This document shows positions 18,896 to 28,757 of a stretch of 41,926 nucleotides of DNA, piece after piece (positions within the stretch are counted from its first letter, which is position 1; each line of letters begins with the position of its first letter). The stretch comes from Fidelibacterota bacterium. Lineage in GTDB: Bacteria > Fidelibacterota > Fidelibacteria > Fidelibacterales > DSDE01. The stretch covers positions 1 through 41,926 of the forward strand of contig JBJKQR010000043.1 in NCBI GenBank assembly GCA_046735395.1, written 5' to 3'. The position numbers were made by a program, and so were the translations under genes. The notes beneath the pieces were generated by a model. The model was not told the origin of the DNA. It ran no database searches and was given only the letters and a program-made list of their open reading frames with translations.

Positions 18896-20041
18896 TTACT
18901 GACTGCAGCCCCGGAGATCAATGGGCCAGGTTCCCACCACCTCTTCTCCACGGACCAGATAATAGCTATCGAAGAGATTGACCGTCGGATCACAATGAGA
19001 GGTGATGAGCTCGAGAACCGTCCCGAGCGGCGGGAGCGCGGATGGATCATCGCTGAGCAGTTTTCCGTATTCGTCGCCGAACCAGTCATATTTCAGATTC
19101 CGGTAAGCAGGAGTGAGAATCTGCGGTACGCCTCCGTCCTGATACAGGGTTTTCAGCCCCGCATCCACGGTAACCAGATCATCCTGATTCACGGAGATGA
19201 CCGTCGTGAGCAGGCGCAGCGCCGGATCAAACGGGGCAAATCGGGTCGCATCCTCAGCCGACCCCACCGCCAGATATTCTGCATCCATGACCACATAGGA
19301 ACCGACCTGATGATCGGTGATTTCGGGAATCATCATATCAATATCGAAAGTCCCGGTTCCCGTCGCGCTGAAGATATCGCAGCCCGGCACCGTATCCCGC
19401 AGCTTCCGGAAAACGGGAATCGCGTCCTTCAGACAGTACAGGGAGCTGGCTTTTCGCTCTTCATAGGAATGGATATGCTGAATATGGCCGGCATAGGCCT
19501 GAATTCCTCTCAGGCGCAGATTCGTCCGGGACAGTATATAATCAGCCATTTTCAGGGCATTCTGCGGTTTCACGCCCGTCCGCTTCAGGCCCGCATCCAG
19601 ATCCAGAAGCACGCCCATGTTCAGGCCCCTTTTCTTTAATTCTGCATCCAGCAGATCTATGGCTTCCGCATGGTCCACCACCACCATCAGAGACGGCGCT
19701 GTCTCCAGCAGATCCAGAAGCCGTTCCACTTTCCGCGGCGTAACGACAGGCCCGGTGACGAGAACTTCATATATTCCTTCCCGCACCAGCACTTCCGCCT
19801 CCGAAACTTTGGCCACACAGAGGCCCACAGCCCCCGCTTCCAGCTGTTTCCGGGCCAACGCTGAACATTTGTGGGTTTTGACATGCGGCCGGATTTTCTT
19901 TCCGGCCTGATTGACGATGGCCTGCATTTTATGAAGATTTTTTTCCAGACTATCCAGATCTATAATCAGGCAGGGCGTATCCAGCTCCGATTTTCGTTTT
20001 ACCAATTCCTGCATTGTTTGTCCCTTTATATCAGAATTCAT
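18896..20041 (-). CDS. DSD1-family PLP enzyme (D-serine dehydratase / D-threonine aldolase-like)
   Basis: LDTPCL, RPHVKTHK (PLP Lys), RTGV, QAYAGH, GSYVVMD, VDAGLK, DEYG, SHCDPTVNL. Confidence 0.9.
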   Translation of the reverse strand: MNSDIKGQTMQELVKRKSELDTPCLIIDLDSLEKNLHKMQAIVNQAGKKIRPHVKTHKCSALARKQLEAGAVGLCVAKVSEAEVLVREGIYEVLVTGPVVTPRKVERLLDLLETAPSLMVVVDHAEAIDLLDAELKKRGLNMGVLLDLDAGLKRTGVKPQNALKMADYILSRTNLRLRGIQAYAGHIQHIHSYEERKASSLYCLKDAIPVFRKLRDTVPGCDIFSATGTGTFDIDMMIPEITDHQVGSYVVMDAEYLAVGSAEDATRFAPFDPALRLLTTVISVNQDDLVTVDAGLKTLYQDGGVPQILTPAYRNLKYDWFGDEYGKLLSDDPSALPPLGTVLELITSHCDPTVNLFDSYYLVRGEEVVGTWPIDLRGCSQ

Positions 20042-20106
20042 TTAATTCCTCACTGCCCCATCTCCCCGGAATTTACGTCCACCGCGCTGACAGTGGCAAG
20101 CGGGAA

Positions 20107-20496
20107 TCATGGGTTCATCCCCTTCAGCAGTGCATTCTCAATTGCCTTCAGTATGCATACGCTGCTGAGAGTCGCTCCCGTAACGGCATCCACGTTCAGA
20201 GACTGATCCCGGATCACCCGGTCCGTAATTTTCTCCGCCCGTCTCCCCAATTGAGTGCGGTGCTCGAGAATGCGGATATCCCGGAGCTGATGTCCGGATA
20301 TTTCCACGCGAACCCGGACTTTCACCCCGGATTCAAATTCCCCCTCGTAACTGCCATCCGGGATCTGCTTCAGGTTCACCGTCCGGATGTCCGTCTCCAA
20401 TGCATTCAGCCAGAAGGTTCGGCCGCACCCGGCGAAAAGAAGAAGCAGCGGCCATATCCATAGGTAAACGGATTTCAACAGTGTTTTCCGTATCAT
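20107..20496 (-). CDS. FMN-binding domain lipoprotein
   Basis: Lipobox FAGC; DGSYEG; VDAVTGATLSS flavinylation motif. Confidence 0.85.
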   Translation of the reverse strand: MIRKTLLKSVYLWIWPLLLLFAGCGRTFWLNALETDIRTVNLKQIPDGSYEGEFESGVKVRVRVEISGHQLRDIRILEHRTQLGRRAEKITDRVIRDQSLNVDAVTGATLSSVCILKAIENALLKGMNP

Positions 20497-20666
20497 CCCA
20501 TCCTCCCCATTCTGCAGGACATCACATTTCTGCGCAAGCCCAAATTTTTCAGTCCCTTGTATATTATTCCCGTCAACAGCATTTACGAATTAATATATGG
20601 ATCTCAGTCCACATTCGCCAGGCTTCCGGCTGCAACATTGAAAAAGATGCGTAAAAATTTAAATTA

Positions 20667-22763
20667 TCAGAATTCTTCGGGCTGGCCGTCCAGAGCACCC
20701 CTGACGGCCTTCGCCAACTCATCGAGGGTAACCGGTTTTGTCAGAAAGCGGCTGAGGCCGATATGGGCCGCTTTTTCCGAATTGACCAGGTCGCTGAATC
20801 CGGTACAGAGAATAACCGGGATGTCCGGACGGAGGGTCTTGACAGCTTTGGTCAGCTCCACTCCCGTCATCGTCGGCATGGTCATGTCGGTGATAATCAG
20901 ATCAAATTCCTCAGGCCGGGATGTAAAGAGATTCAGCGCATCCACGCTGCTGGTCCGGCCCGTAACCGTATACCCCAAGGATTCAAGGACCTGCTGCTGA
21001 ACCCAGACGATCTGAATTTCATCATCCACAATCAGAATATGTTCATTCCCGCCCGGATTCTGCTCCTGATCCTGCGAGGAATCCGAATCAGCGGCCTCAG
21101 TGCCGGCGCTTGGCAGATATACGTTGAAGGTGGTTCCCTGCCCGGGTTCACTGTAAACGGAGATCTGGCCTCCATGGCTTCGAACGATTCCATGAACGAT
21201 GGCCAGTCCCAGTCCCGTTCCCTCACCTTTTGCTTTGGTGGTGAAGTAGGGTTCAAAAATATTATCGATCTGAGACCGGGAGATACCGACTCCCGTATCG
21301 GCCACGGTCAGTCTCACATAATCACCGGGCGAGAGCAGATGCAGTTCCCGCACCTCCCGGTCCATGGCATTGATACTCACTCGCTCCAGCTTTACAGTCA
21401 GGGTTCCGCCGGTCTCCCGCATGGCATGATAGGCATTGGTGCACAAATTCAGAATCACCTGATGGATCTGACTGGGATCAGCCAGTATCTTGCCGGCTTT
21501 TGTATCCACAGACTCACAGAACTGTATGGTTGTAGGTATGGAAGAGCGCAGCAGTTTCATGGCCTCCTTGATCAGGATATGAATTTCGAGGGCCTGAAAA
21601 TCCTGATCCGACTGCCGGCTGAAGGTCAGAATCTGTTTGACCAGATCCCGGGCCCGATTCGCGGATTTGAGAATCCCTGACAGGTATTCCTCCATATCCG
21701 CCTTCCCCCGAGACGCCTTCTGGGCCAGCTCGGTGAAACCGTACACGGCCGCCAGAATATTATTGAAATCGTGAGCAATCCCTCCGGCCAGTGTTCCGAT
21801 GCTTTCCATTTTCTGAGCCTGACGAAGTTTCTTCTCCATCCGCAGACGTTCCGTAATATCCCGCACCACGTCCCGGGAACCGATGATGTGTCCATCCTTG
21901 ACCACCAGCGAGGAACTGGTTTCCACATCCAGAAAACGGCCATCCCTGGTCAGTTGCCTTCCGGTGAATTTTTCATAACTGCCTGTTTCCTCGAGAATCC
22001 TGAATTCCCGTTCAGTCCTCTCCTTCTGCTCCTGCGGAATAACATCAAAAAAATTCATCTTTAGGAATTCATCCTTGGTGAACCCGAATAATTCCGTCGC
22101 CTTCACATTGGCATCCAGAAAATTCCGCTGCATATCCAACAGAAAAATGGCGTCATTGGCGTGCTCAAACAGGTCTCTGTACTTGGCCTCACTTTCTTTG
22201 AGAAAACTATTTGACTCCCGCAGTTTTTTCGTCCGGTCGGCGACCTGTTCCTCCAGCAGCGTCTTGGCCCCGAGAAGCTCCTGATTCAGATCCCTCAGTT
22301 CCCTCTCCTGGCGGCGGTTCTCCATCGTGAGAGAAATCGTATTGGCAAAATTTTCCAGAAAGGGCTGATAGGACGACAGAATATGCACATCCGTGCACTT
22401 GAACAGGATACAGCCGTAGGAGTCATGGAGCGATTTCACCGGAAGACAGAAATAGGTATCCGGGTCCTTCTGAATAAATTGTGTATGGGCCTCCTCCGTC
22501 CCATCAGGTCCGTCTTTACATAGATCACAGATCTGATGATCCTGCAATTCCTTTTCAAAATCCGGATCTGAAAAAACGACATGATCCTGAATCCGGACCG
22601 CCACATGAGATGTAGCGGGCAACAGGTCCAGGCCCCTGCACAGAAAGGATGCCAGCTCTTCAGCTCCGGAAAAGGCGTGGAGCGTTGTCTGGAGCAGAAG
22701 CAGCTTTCCGAGTGTACGCGGATCTACTTCCGGAACGGATGGTATCATAAATTTTTCTGTCAA
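20667..22763 (-). CDS. Hybrid PAS sensor histidine kinase / response regulator
   Basis: PAS domain; LAGGIAHDFNNIL H-box; NLCTNA, DTGVG, FEPYFTTK, GTGLGL; receiver ILIVDDE...DMTMP...KP. Confidence 0.95.
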   Translation of the reverse strand: MTEKFMIPSVPEVDPRTLGKLLLLQTTLHAFSGAEELASFLCRGLDLLPATSHVAVRIQDHVVFSDPDFEKELQDHQICDLCKDGPDGTEEAHTQFIQKDPDTYFCLPVKSLHDSYGCILFKCTDVHILSSYQPFLENFANTISLTMENRRQERELRDLNQELLGAKTLLEEQVADRTKKLRESNSFLKESEAKYRDLFEHANDAIFLLDMQRNFLDANVKATELFGFTKDEFLKMNFFDVIPQEQKERTEREFRILEETGSYEKFTGRQLTRDGRFLDVETSSSLVVKDGHIIGSRDVVRDITERLRMEKKLRQAQKMESIGTLAGGIAHDFNNILAAVYGFTELAQKASRGKADMEEYLSGILKSANRARDLVKQILTFSRQSDQDFQALEIHILIKEAMKLLRSSIPTTIQFCESVDTKAGKILADPSQIHQVILNLCTNAYHAMRETGGTLTVKLERVSINAMDREVRELHLLSPGDYVRLTVADTGVGISRSQIDNIFEPYFTTKAKGEGTGLGLAIVHGIVRSHGGQISVYSEPGQGTTFNVYLPSAGTEAADSDSSQDQEQNPGGNEHILIVDDEIQIVWVQQQVLESLGYTVTGRTSSVDALNLFTSRPEEFDLIITDMTMPTMTGVELTKAVKTLRPDIPVILCTGFSDLVNSEKAAHIGLSRFLTKPVTLDELAKAVRGALDGQPEEF

Positions 22764-23380
22764 TGCCGCGTGTGCTGCCTCATATACTCCTGAGGAGCCA
22801 CAAAATACGGATTTCTCACGACCTGCCCCTGAACGATCATGGCCGGATGAACACTGAGGATATCCATGATGGCCGAGCCGCTGAATTTCCGGGCATCATA
22901 TTCACAAATTGCCGTGAATGGTGTCGTCTGCAGGTACTCGGTGACCTTCGTTTCGTATTCCATGAGCGTGGACATTTCCACATTTTTGCGAAGAGCCCAG
23001 GACATATCCCCACTGATTCTCGCACCGGAATACCCTTCATTCCGGGCCTGTGTACAGAACCCGCCAACGCCTGCCAAGAGCGAATCCGGGTCAAACACGC
23101 CACCGGGACAGTAGGACTCTTCGTTCTTTGATGTGGAGAAGATATCTTCCCGGCCATCAATGTCCACGCCGATTCTGCGCAGAGAGGAATGAATATCATG
23201 AGGCTGAAGCGTATCCACGATACAGAGCGCCTTCTGGCCCGCCTGTATCCCCTTGGCGAAAAATTTTGCCATGGTACGGGCGCGTTCCTCATCATCATTG
23301 TAGATATAGCAGAGATGAACACCACCGTTGAAAATGTCGTCATCAAATTCCCAATGCTGGGCATGGTCATGTGTGCTCAT
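22760..23380 (-). CDS. Stand-alone MEDS-domain protein
   Basis: GVHLCYIY, GARISGDMSWAL, LMEYE, AICEYDARKFSG, DILSVHP; ATG after GGAGG. Confidence 0.85.
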   Translation of the reverse strand: MSTHDHAQHWEFDDDIFNGGVHLCYIYNDDEERARTMAKFFAKGIQAGQKALCIVDTLQPHDIHSSLRRIGVDIDGREDIFSTSKNEESYCPGGVFDPDSLLAGVGGFCTQARNEGYSGARISGDMSWALRKNVEMSTLMEYETKVTEYLQTTPFTAICEYDARKFSGSAIMDILSVHPAMIVQGQVVRNPYFVAPQEYMRQHTRH

Positions 23381-23566
23381 AATAATCCCTCCTTTGGGCG
23401 GCAGGTTCTGCCGGGGATGTTTATATTTAAAGACGTTCAGGGGCTGTGAGTGGTATGTGCCCCTTTTGACCAATATATCCAAAGGTCATATGCGGGTCAA
23501 GAAAAAAGTGCTGATTCAACCCGCCGCGACAGCAGTTTTATTAAAATATTTTTTTATGACAAAAGA

Positions 23567-24445
23567 TCAGGAAGATTCTGACCCTTTCTTCTTCCACTCG
23601 ATGTATTCTTCCGGAAAATGCGCTTTCATGCAGTCCGGGCAGATACCGTGGCTGAAATCCGCATTCGAATGGGCCGAAACGTAGACTTCAACCTGGTTCC
23701 AGTACCCGTCATCATCCCGGATTTTTTTACAATAGGCACAGATCGGTACGATTCCTCGCAGAGTCCGGACTTCAGCGAGAGTAGCCTGGAGTTTGCCGAT
23801 GGTCTCATTCAGGCGGTCAAGCAGAGGGTTTGTCACCCGGAAAAACAGGGAAACGCCCAGGCCGATGAGCAGCACGGCCAGGATGGCGGAAATTTTCGCA
23901 GCCCGGACAAAGGGAGCGCGAACCTCGGCCAGATCTATTTTTGCCACAATACCCAGATCGAGTACAGCGACCGGTTCATAGGCGGCCAGCACCCGGACGC
24001 CCCGGTAATCCAGGCCCACGATTTCACCGGATTCACCGGACAGGGCCAGACGCATGGGGGCGGCCAGCTCCGAATCCCAGTCAACGGGCTTGGGCTCATT
24101 CAGATCGAAATGACGATGGCTGAGCAGAAACACGATCTGGTTGCCGTCCCGCATGGAAAGCGTAAATTCTCCGGTCTTTCCGAATCCCCGATATCTTGCG
24201 TGCGCGTCCTTGATCTGTCCGAGGGTGGCCTGTCGTGCCCCGAGGGGAAAATCATTACTGTAGACGCGGTCAAAACGGGCCACACTTTCAATCAGCCGCG
24301 CCTGGCTTTTTGCAGCCTCCACCAGCCGCGCCGTCTCCTCTGAAAGCGCAGTATGATACAGAATCGCGATGGAAAGCGAAACGACCGTCATGACAATAAC
24401 TGCCATGATCGCTGCCAGTAAAAACAATCGTTTCCGTGGACTCAT
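23567..24445 (-). CDS. Membrane sensor (Cache-like periplasmic domain) with C-terminal CxxC...HGxCPxC domain
   Basis: Two TM helices flanking GLDYRGVRVLAAYEPV; C-terminal PICAYCKKIRDDDGYW...SHGICPDC. Confidence 0.8.
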   Translation of the reverse strand: MSPRKRLFLLAAIMAVIVMTVVSLSIAILYHTALSEETARLVEAAKSQARLIESVARFDRVYSNDFPLGARQATLGQIKDAHARYRGFGKTGEFTLSMRDGNQIVFLLSHRHFDLNEPKPVDWDSELAAPMRLALSGESGEIVGLDYRGVRVLAAYEPVAVLDLGIVAKIDLAEVRAPFVRAAKISAILAVLLIGLGVSLFFRVTNPLLDRLNETIGKLQATLAEVRTLRGIVPICAYCKKIRDDDGYWNQVEVYVSAHSNADFSHGICPDCMKAHFPEEYIEWKKKGSESS

Positions 24446-24532
24446 GTAAGCTCCGAATTGCCAGATTCTTAATTTGCAGGGTCAGGGTTTGCTTCCGCAC
24501 AGCCCGACACATGAATGTTACTCATATTGTCG

Positions 24533-24913
24533 TTATTTTGCAAGAATTTCAGTCACCGCAACCAGCAGCACGGTGACAGCAACGGTCCAGAGTATGACAT
24601 AGCCTCTCATCGGCAACTCAAATGGGGCAGCGATGAGCCATCCGAGAAGAACCAGAGCCCCCGAAAGATTGATGGCAATGGCGCCGCCGACGCCCAGACC
24701 CCGAACCGAGTGCCTGTCTCCATATTTTTCAATAAGCAGCGCCAGTCCGATACCGAAAAGAACACCACCCAGGATCATGGCATAAAAATCCGTCCCTGCT
24801 GACGGCAGTCCCAGCCATTCGGCTACTCCGAAGGGAAACAACAGCAGAAGAGTCCCCAGAATCAGGTTGATGATCGCATCCACGAGCAGAAGCAGGTCCT
24901 TATGTCTTTCCAT
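24533..24913 (-). CDS. Hypothetical 4-TM membrane protein
   Basis: Hydrophobic 126-aa ORF, RBS AAGGA. Confidence 0.75.
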   Translation of the reverse strand: MERHKDLLLLVDAIINLILGTLLLLFPFGVAEWLGLPSAGTDFYAMILGGVLFGIGLALLIEKYGDRHSVRGLGVGGAIAINLSGALVLLGWLIAAPFELPMRGYVILWTVAVTVLLVAVTEILAK

Positions 24914-24939
24914 AACAGTCCTTTCTGCAGCCTGAAGCT

Positions 24940-25398
24940 CTAATCCTCAGAACCGCTGTAGATATAATGAATTCGTTCATCCTTGCGTGGCCCCCGTATC
25001 GTCCACTGCAGATCTATTTTATCTTCCCCGACCTTCAGGACAGCCGAATACAGATCGTCCCCGCAATGGTGCGGAGCAGGTGAAGTCCAGAGCTCAGGCG
25101 ATTCGGCTACAAGCTCAAACAGCTTCACCGGCTTGTCCGGCCCGAAGCGCAGGTGCTCGAGACACACCGAGTCCCTGCCCGTTTTCGACCAGCGATAAAC
25201 GTTGTGGAAACGAAGCGGTCTTCCTGTTTCCGGGGCCCATTCACCGTTTTCCCGGAAAATCAATACATCCGAATCCGTCAATTCCGTCTGAACCGACCCG
25301 GTGCCCTCCCCGTTCCAGGCTGTCTGCAATGCCGAGGTGGCCGCAAAGCGCAGAACACGGACTTGAAACAGACGTTCCAGAAGATAGGATGATATCAT
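24940..25398 (-). CDS. Conserved hypothetical protein (DUF6314-like)
   Basis: Pattern NVYRW...HLRFG...HHCGDDLY...WTIRGPRKD; family assignment is from memory and needs an HMM check. Confidence 0.65.
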   Translation of the reverse strand: MISSYLLERLFQVRVLRFAATSALQTAWNGEGTGSVQTELTDSDVLIFRENGEWAPETGRPLRFHNVYRWSKTGRDSVCLEHLRFGPDKPVKLFELVAESPELWTSPAPHHCGDDLYSAVLKVGEDKIDLQWTIRGPRKDERIHYIYSGSED

Positions 25399-25453
25399 TT
25401 GTGTAATTCTCTTAGAGTGGATTGTGTCGGATATGGGGCCATCTGACCATGAG

Positions 25454-25936
25454 TTATTTAAATCTGAAAGTCCTTATGGACGCCTCACAGAGCGAATCGA
25501 GATGAAACCCTGCATCGGAAGGGCGGGTGTAGCAGATGACAAACACCTTTTCGCCATTGCCTATATAATACTGCGTACAGTGCAGCCGGCGCCCCTGCTG
25601 ATCCGTCTCAAAGATGATCTTGTATCCGTTTTCGCCCGAATCCGTCACGAATTCACTTTTTCCCAGAAAGCTGAAGCCTTCGGCGGAAGAACTCATATCC
25701 ATCAGATTCTCATCCAAATAATCGGACAGGCTTTTTTCACTTTCCTCGCCCAGCACGTTGATGGTCGGAGCATATCCGTTGACGGGTTCACCGCGCGCGA
25801 CCCGGTAGGCCTTGCCGGGAAAAGTGATGAGCTGCCAGCCATCCGGGTGAACATAACTGTAGTCCTGGCCGTCCGAACAGGACAGGCAGAGAAGCGAAAA
25901 CAGCATCAGAACAAAGGCTGTAAGCGAAATTTTCAT
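25454..25936 (-). CDS. Lipoprotein, PsbP/DcrB-like fold probable
   Basis: ATG after GGAGG; lipobox CLSC; PDGW...INV...SIRTFRFK pattern. Confidence 0.65.
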   Translation of the reverse strand: MKISLTAFVLMLFSLLCLSCSDGQDYSYVHPDGWQLITFPGKAYRVARGEPVNGYAPTINVLGEESEKSLSDYLDENLMDMSSSAEGFSFLGKSEFVTDSGENGYKIIFETDQQGRRLHCTQYYIGNGEKVFVICYTRPSDAGFHLDSLCEASIRTFRFK

Positions 25937-26147
25937 TTTTCCTCCCGTTGTCTGGTGAAGGTCACCATAGCCGGAGCGGGAAAGGATGGGATCCAGTATT
26001 CGAATGGAGGAACCAGCCTGTTTAAGCGAAAATGAATATCCTGATCTTGCTGTATAATTTGGCCATGTACCGTAAGATAGGGGATTTATGCTCAGCATTG
26101 CCACTAAAAAACCATGCCGCAGTGCGTCCCGAACCCCGGATGACGCG

Positions 26148-27005
26148 CTACTTCGCAACAAGGACCTGACGCATCCGTTCATATTCCTGCTGAAGACGGC
26201 GGGTTATTTCCCCCGGACGTCCGCCGGAAAGGAGATGATCGTTTACCCGAACGACCGGTGTAATTTCAGTTGTCGTACCCGTGATCATGAGTTCATCGGC
26301 CTTGTATATATCTTTTTCGGAAATGGGCAGTTCCTTCAGGGCTATTCCCCGGGACCGGCATAGATCAATGATGATATTCCGCGTAATACCCGGAAGTATA
26401 TAATGACTGAGGGGAGGAGTCATGACCGTTGAACCGGATACGGCGAAAAAATTTGAATGGCTTCCTTCCAGAACCGAACCGTCCCGGACCAGCAGCGCCT
26501 CGGCATATCCCATGTCCGTCGCCTTCTGCAGAGCCAGAATATTGGGCAGCAGGCCGATGCTCTTTATATCACAGCGTGACCAGCGCTGATCAGGCTCCAG
26601 AATGACGGCCACACCGTCTTCCTGTTCCCGTGTATGCGGCGTAAATCCGGAACAGGCGATGAGGACCGTCGCATCCATTTTTGAATTATCATAGCGATGG
26701 GACCGGGGAGCAGCCCCCCGGGTAATCTGAATATAAATGGTCGCTTCGGCGTTTCTGAGACCATTTTCATCAAGAAGCTGTTTTGCAATGGATCCGAATT
26801 CGGAAACGGTATCACAGGGAATATTCACTTCACGGAGACTGTATTTCAGACGTTCCATATGGGCATCCCAGTAAAACAGATGTCCGCTGTAACTTCGAAC
26901 GACTTCATACACACCATCGGCAAAATTGAAACCCCGGTCATAGGGAGAAATGCTGGCATCCTCCACGGGAAGAATACGACCGTTCAGATATACCTTCTGC
27001 GTCAT
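26148..27005 (-). CDS. dat: D-amino-acid transaminase (PLP fold type IV)
   Basis: DRGFNFADGVYEV, YIQITRGAAPRSH, RCDIKSIGLLPN, EGSHSN, ILPGITR, GTTTEITPV. Confidence 0.88.
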   Translation of the reverse strand: MTQKVYLNGRILPVEDASISPYDRGFNFADGVYEVVRSYSGHLFYWDAHMERLKYSLREVNIPCDTVSEFGSIAKQLLDENGLRNAEATIYIQITRGAAPRSHRYDNSKMDATVLIACSGFTPHTREQEDGVAVILEPDQRWSRCDIKSIGLLPNILALQKATDMGYAEALLVRDGSVLEGSHSNFFAVSGSTVMTPPLSHYILPGITRNIIIDLCRSRGIALKELPISEKDIYKADELMITGTTTEITPVVRVNDHLLSGGRPGEITRRLQQEYERMRQVLVAK

Positions 27006-27094
27006 TCCGGCCTCAATATTTTATAAATAATTATTTACCCGTCAATCGCGGCAACAGAATCTCGCTCCCGGAGAATTCCTGTCTCCGCGGGGTC

Positions 27095-27559
27095 TCAGTA
27101 TTCTCCTTTGATCACGAAAAAGGATCCGCGGATGGTTCCGGCCAGTTTGGATTTCTGACGGGCAAACTTGAATTTTCCCTCCAGCTCCTTCGGCACATCC
27201 ATTCCTTCGGAGAGTTTGAATCCCACGGCCCGTTTTTTGGGATTATCCAGCGTATACAGTACATTCACGCCCAGGCCGTCCTCGTAGAACACGAAAGCCC
27301 AATCGATATTTTCCACTCGGAAGCGGGCACATTGCAGGGGCCTGGCGGCAAATTCAATATTCCGTTCCTCCTTCAGAACCCGGTGTACATAGCCGATAAT
27401 TTCCGGGCTGTCGCCGGCCTCGTCCACTGTATAGACATGTTTGTACTTGTTCATGAAATAGCGCGCTTCATTCGCCCGCAGGCCGGCCAGCGCGCCCGCT
27501 ACCGGCGAGGATTCCAGGCCGGCTGTGGAAACGTTTTTGAAATCAACCGTCATTGACAT
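27095..27559 (-). CDS. Conserved hypothetical protein
   Basis: 154-aa ORF with RBS AGGAG; LAGLRANEARYF and KRAVGFKLSEG motifs; function not assignable. Confidence 0.75.
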   Translation of the reverse strand: MSMTVDFKNVSTAGLESSPVAGALAGLRANEARYFMNKYKHVYTVDEAGDSPEIIGYVHRVLKEERNIEFAARPLQCARFRVENIDWAFVFYEDGLGVNVLYTLDNPKKRAVGFKLSEGMDVPKELEGKFKFARQKSKLAGTIRGSFFVIKGEY

Positions 27560-27599
27560 CGTTTACTCCTGATATTCTGAAAGATTGAAAAAAGTCCGG

Positions 27600-28502
27600 T
27601 CAGCCGAGAGTGAGCCGGTTCCGTCCGGCTTCCTTGCTGCGGTACAGAAATTTATCTGCCCTGTCGACGAGGCTTTTCATGGATTCCCCGACCCGGGCCA
27701 GCGTCGCACCGAGGGAAATGGTCACGCTCAGCCTTTCTTTTTTATGCATCACGTAGGAATGTCCGACCAAAGTCCGCACACGGTTACCCAGATTTTCCAG
27801 GTCCGGAGCGCTGATATTCCGGATAATACCGATGAATTCCTCACCGCCCCAACGCCCGTAGATATCGAAAGGCCGGGCGCCCGAAACCAGCGTTTTCGCC
27901 ACAAAACGCAGCACCTTGTCTCCCGTTTCGTGGCCGTAAGTATCGTTGAACAGTTTGAAATGATCAATATCCAGGAAGAGAATTCCATAGGGGACCCCGA
28001 AGCGCTTCATCTCCTCAAAGCGGGCGTGAAATTCCTTCTCCATGTAATGACGGTTTGGAAGCTGTGTCAGATTATCCAGAAGAGCCAGCTTTTCCAGCTC
28101 CTTCACCCTCAGTTCATTGGCGGCCTGGTTACTCACATCCGTAAAGAGTTCGATGCCGCCGCGGATGTTTCCTTTTTCATCATAATACGGACTTACACGG
28201 ACCGAAACCGGAATGCGGTGTCCCTCCTTATGATGCAGATATATAGTGCTTTCCCGGGATTTTCCGTCAGCGATCGTAGCGGCCATCGGACATAAGCGGG
28301 AACAGAGCTGATTTCCCTCCGCGTCCACGTGGGTCAGCACATTTTCTGAACAGGATTTTCCCACCACTTCCTCGGCAGAAAATCCCGAAATGTGTTCCGC
28401 CGCCTTATTCCAGTAGGTAATAACCCGGTTTTTATCCACAAAATACAGCCCGTCATGAAGGTCTTCCACAATTTTTTCAAAGGACAGTTTATCCATTTCC
28501 AT
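27600..28502 (-). CDS. PAS-GGDEF diguanylate cyclase
   Basis: N-terminal PAS; DNLTQLPNR, DIDHFKLFND, RPFD I-site, GGEEF active site. Confidence 0.94.
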   Translation of the reverse strand: MEMDKLSFEKIVEDLHDGLYFVDKNRVITYWNKAAEHISGFSAEEVVGKSCSENVLTHVDAEGNQLCSRLCPMAATIADGKSRESTIYLHHKEGHRIPVSVRVSPYYDEKGNIRGGIELFTDVSNQAANELRVKELEKLALLDNLTQLPNRHYMEKEFHARFEEMKRFGVPYGILFLDIDHFKLFNDTYGHETGDKVLRFVAKTLVSGARPFDIYGRWGGEEFIGIIRNISAPDLENLGNRVRTLVGHSYVMHKKERLSVTISLGATLARVGESMKSLVDRADKFLYRSKEAGRNRLTLG

Positions 28503-28526
28503 CTGAAAATCCTTTCTGAGAGTATG

Positions 28527-28757
28527 TCAGAGTCTGATCCGGAAACAGGATCCGTCGGGACGAACGACATAAACCCGGTCCTGCAGACCGTTCTGTCCGC
28601 CGCTTTCTGCCGAAGGCTGAGTCTTTTCCAGTTCGGCAAGGCGCTGTTCCGCAGCCGCCACTGCCTTCGCCTCCGTATCGTATTCGCCCTCAATGGTATA
28701 ATCTTCACCGGCAAAGGCATCCACACCCAGAAGTCTCCAGCGGCCCGCTGTGTTCAT
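28527..28757 (-). CDS. Small hypothetical protein
   Basis: 76 aa, ATGA overlap with the upstream gene; GVDAF...QDRVYVVRPDG. Confidence 0.65.
   Translation of the reverse strand: MNTAGRWRLLGVDAFAGEDYTIEGEYDTEAKAVAAAEQRLAELEKTQPSAESGGQNGLQDRVYVVRPDGSCFRIRL

Noticed and set aside
25937..26182. N-terminal extension of ORF 25454-26182; similar extensions at 18849, 23482, 37120 and 41133
   Set aside because: Downstream ATGs have SD sequences and begin signal peptides or domains; some extensions overlap neighbouring genes
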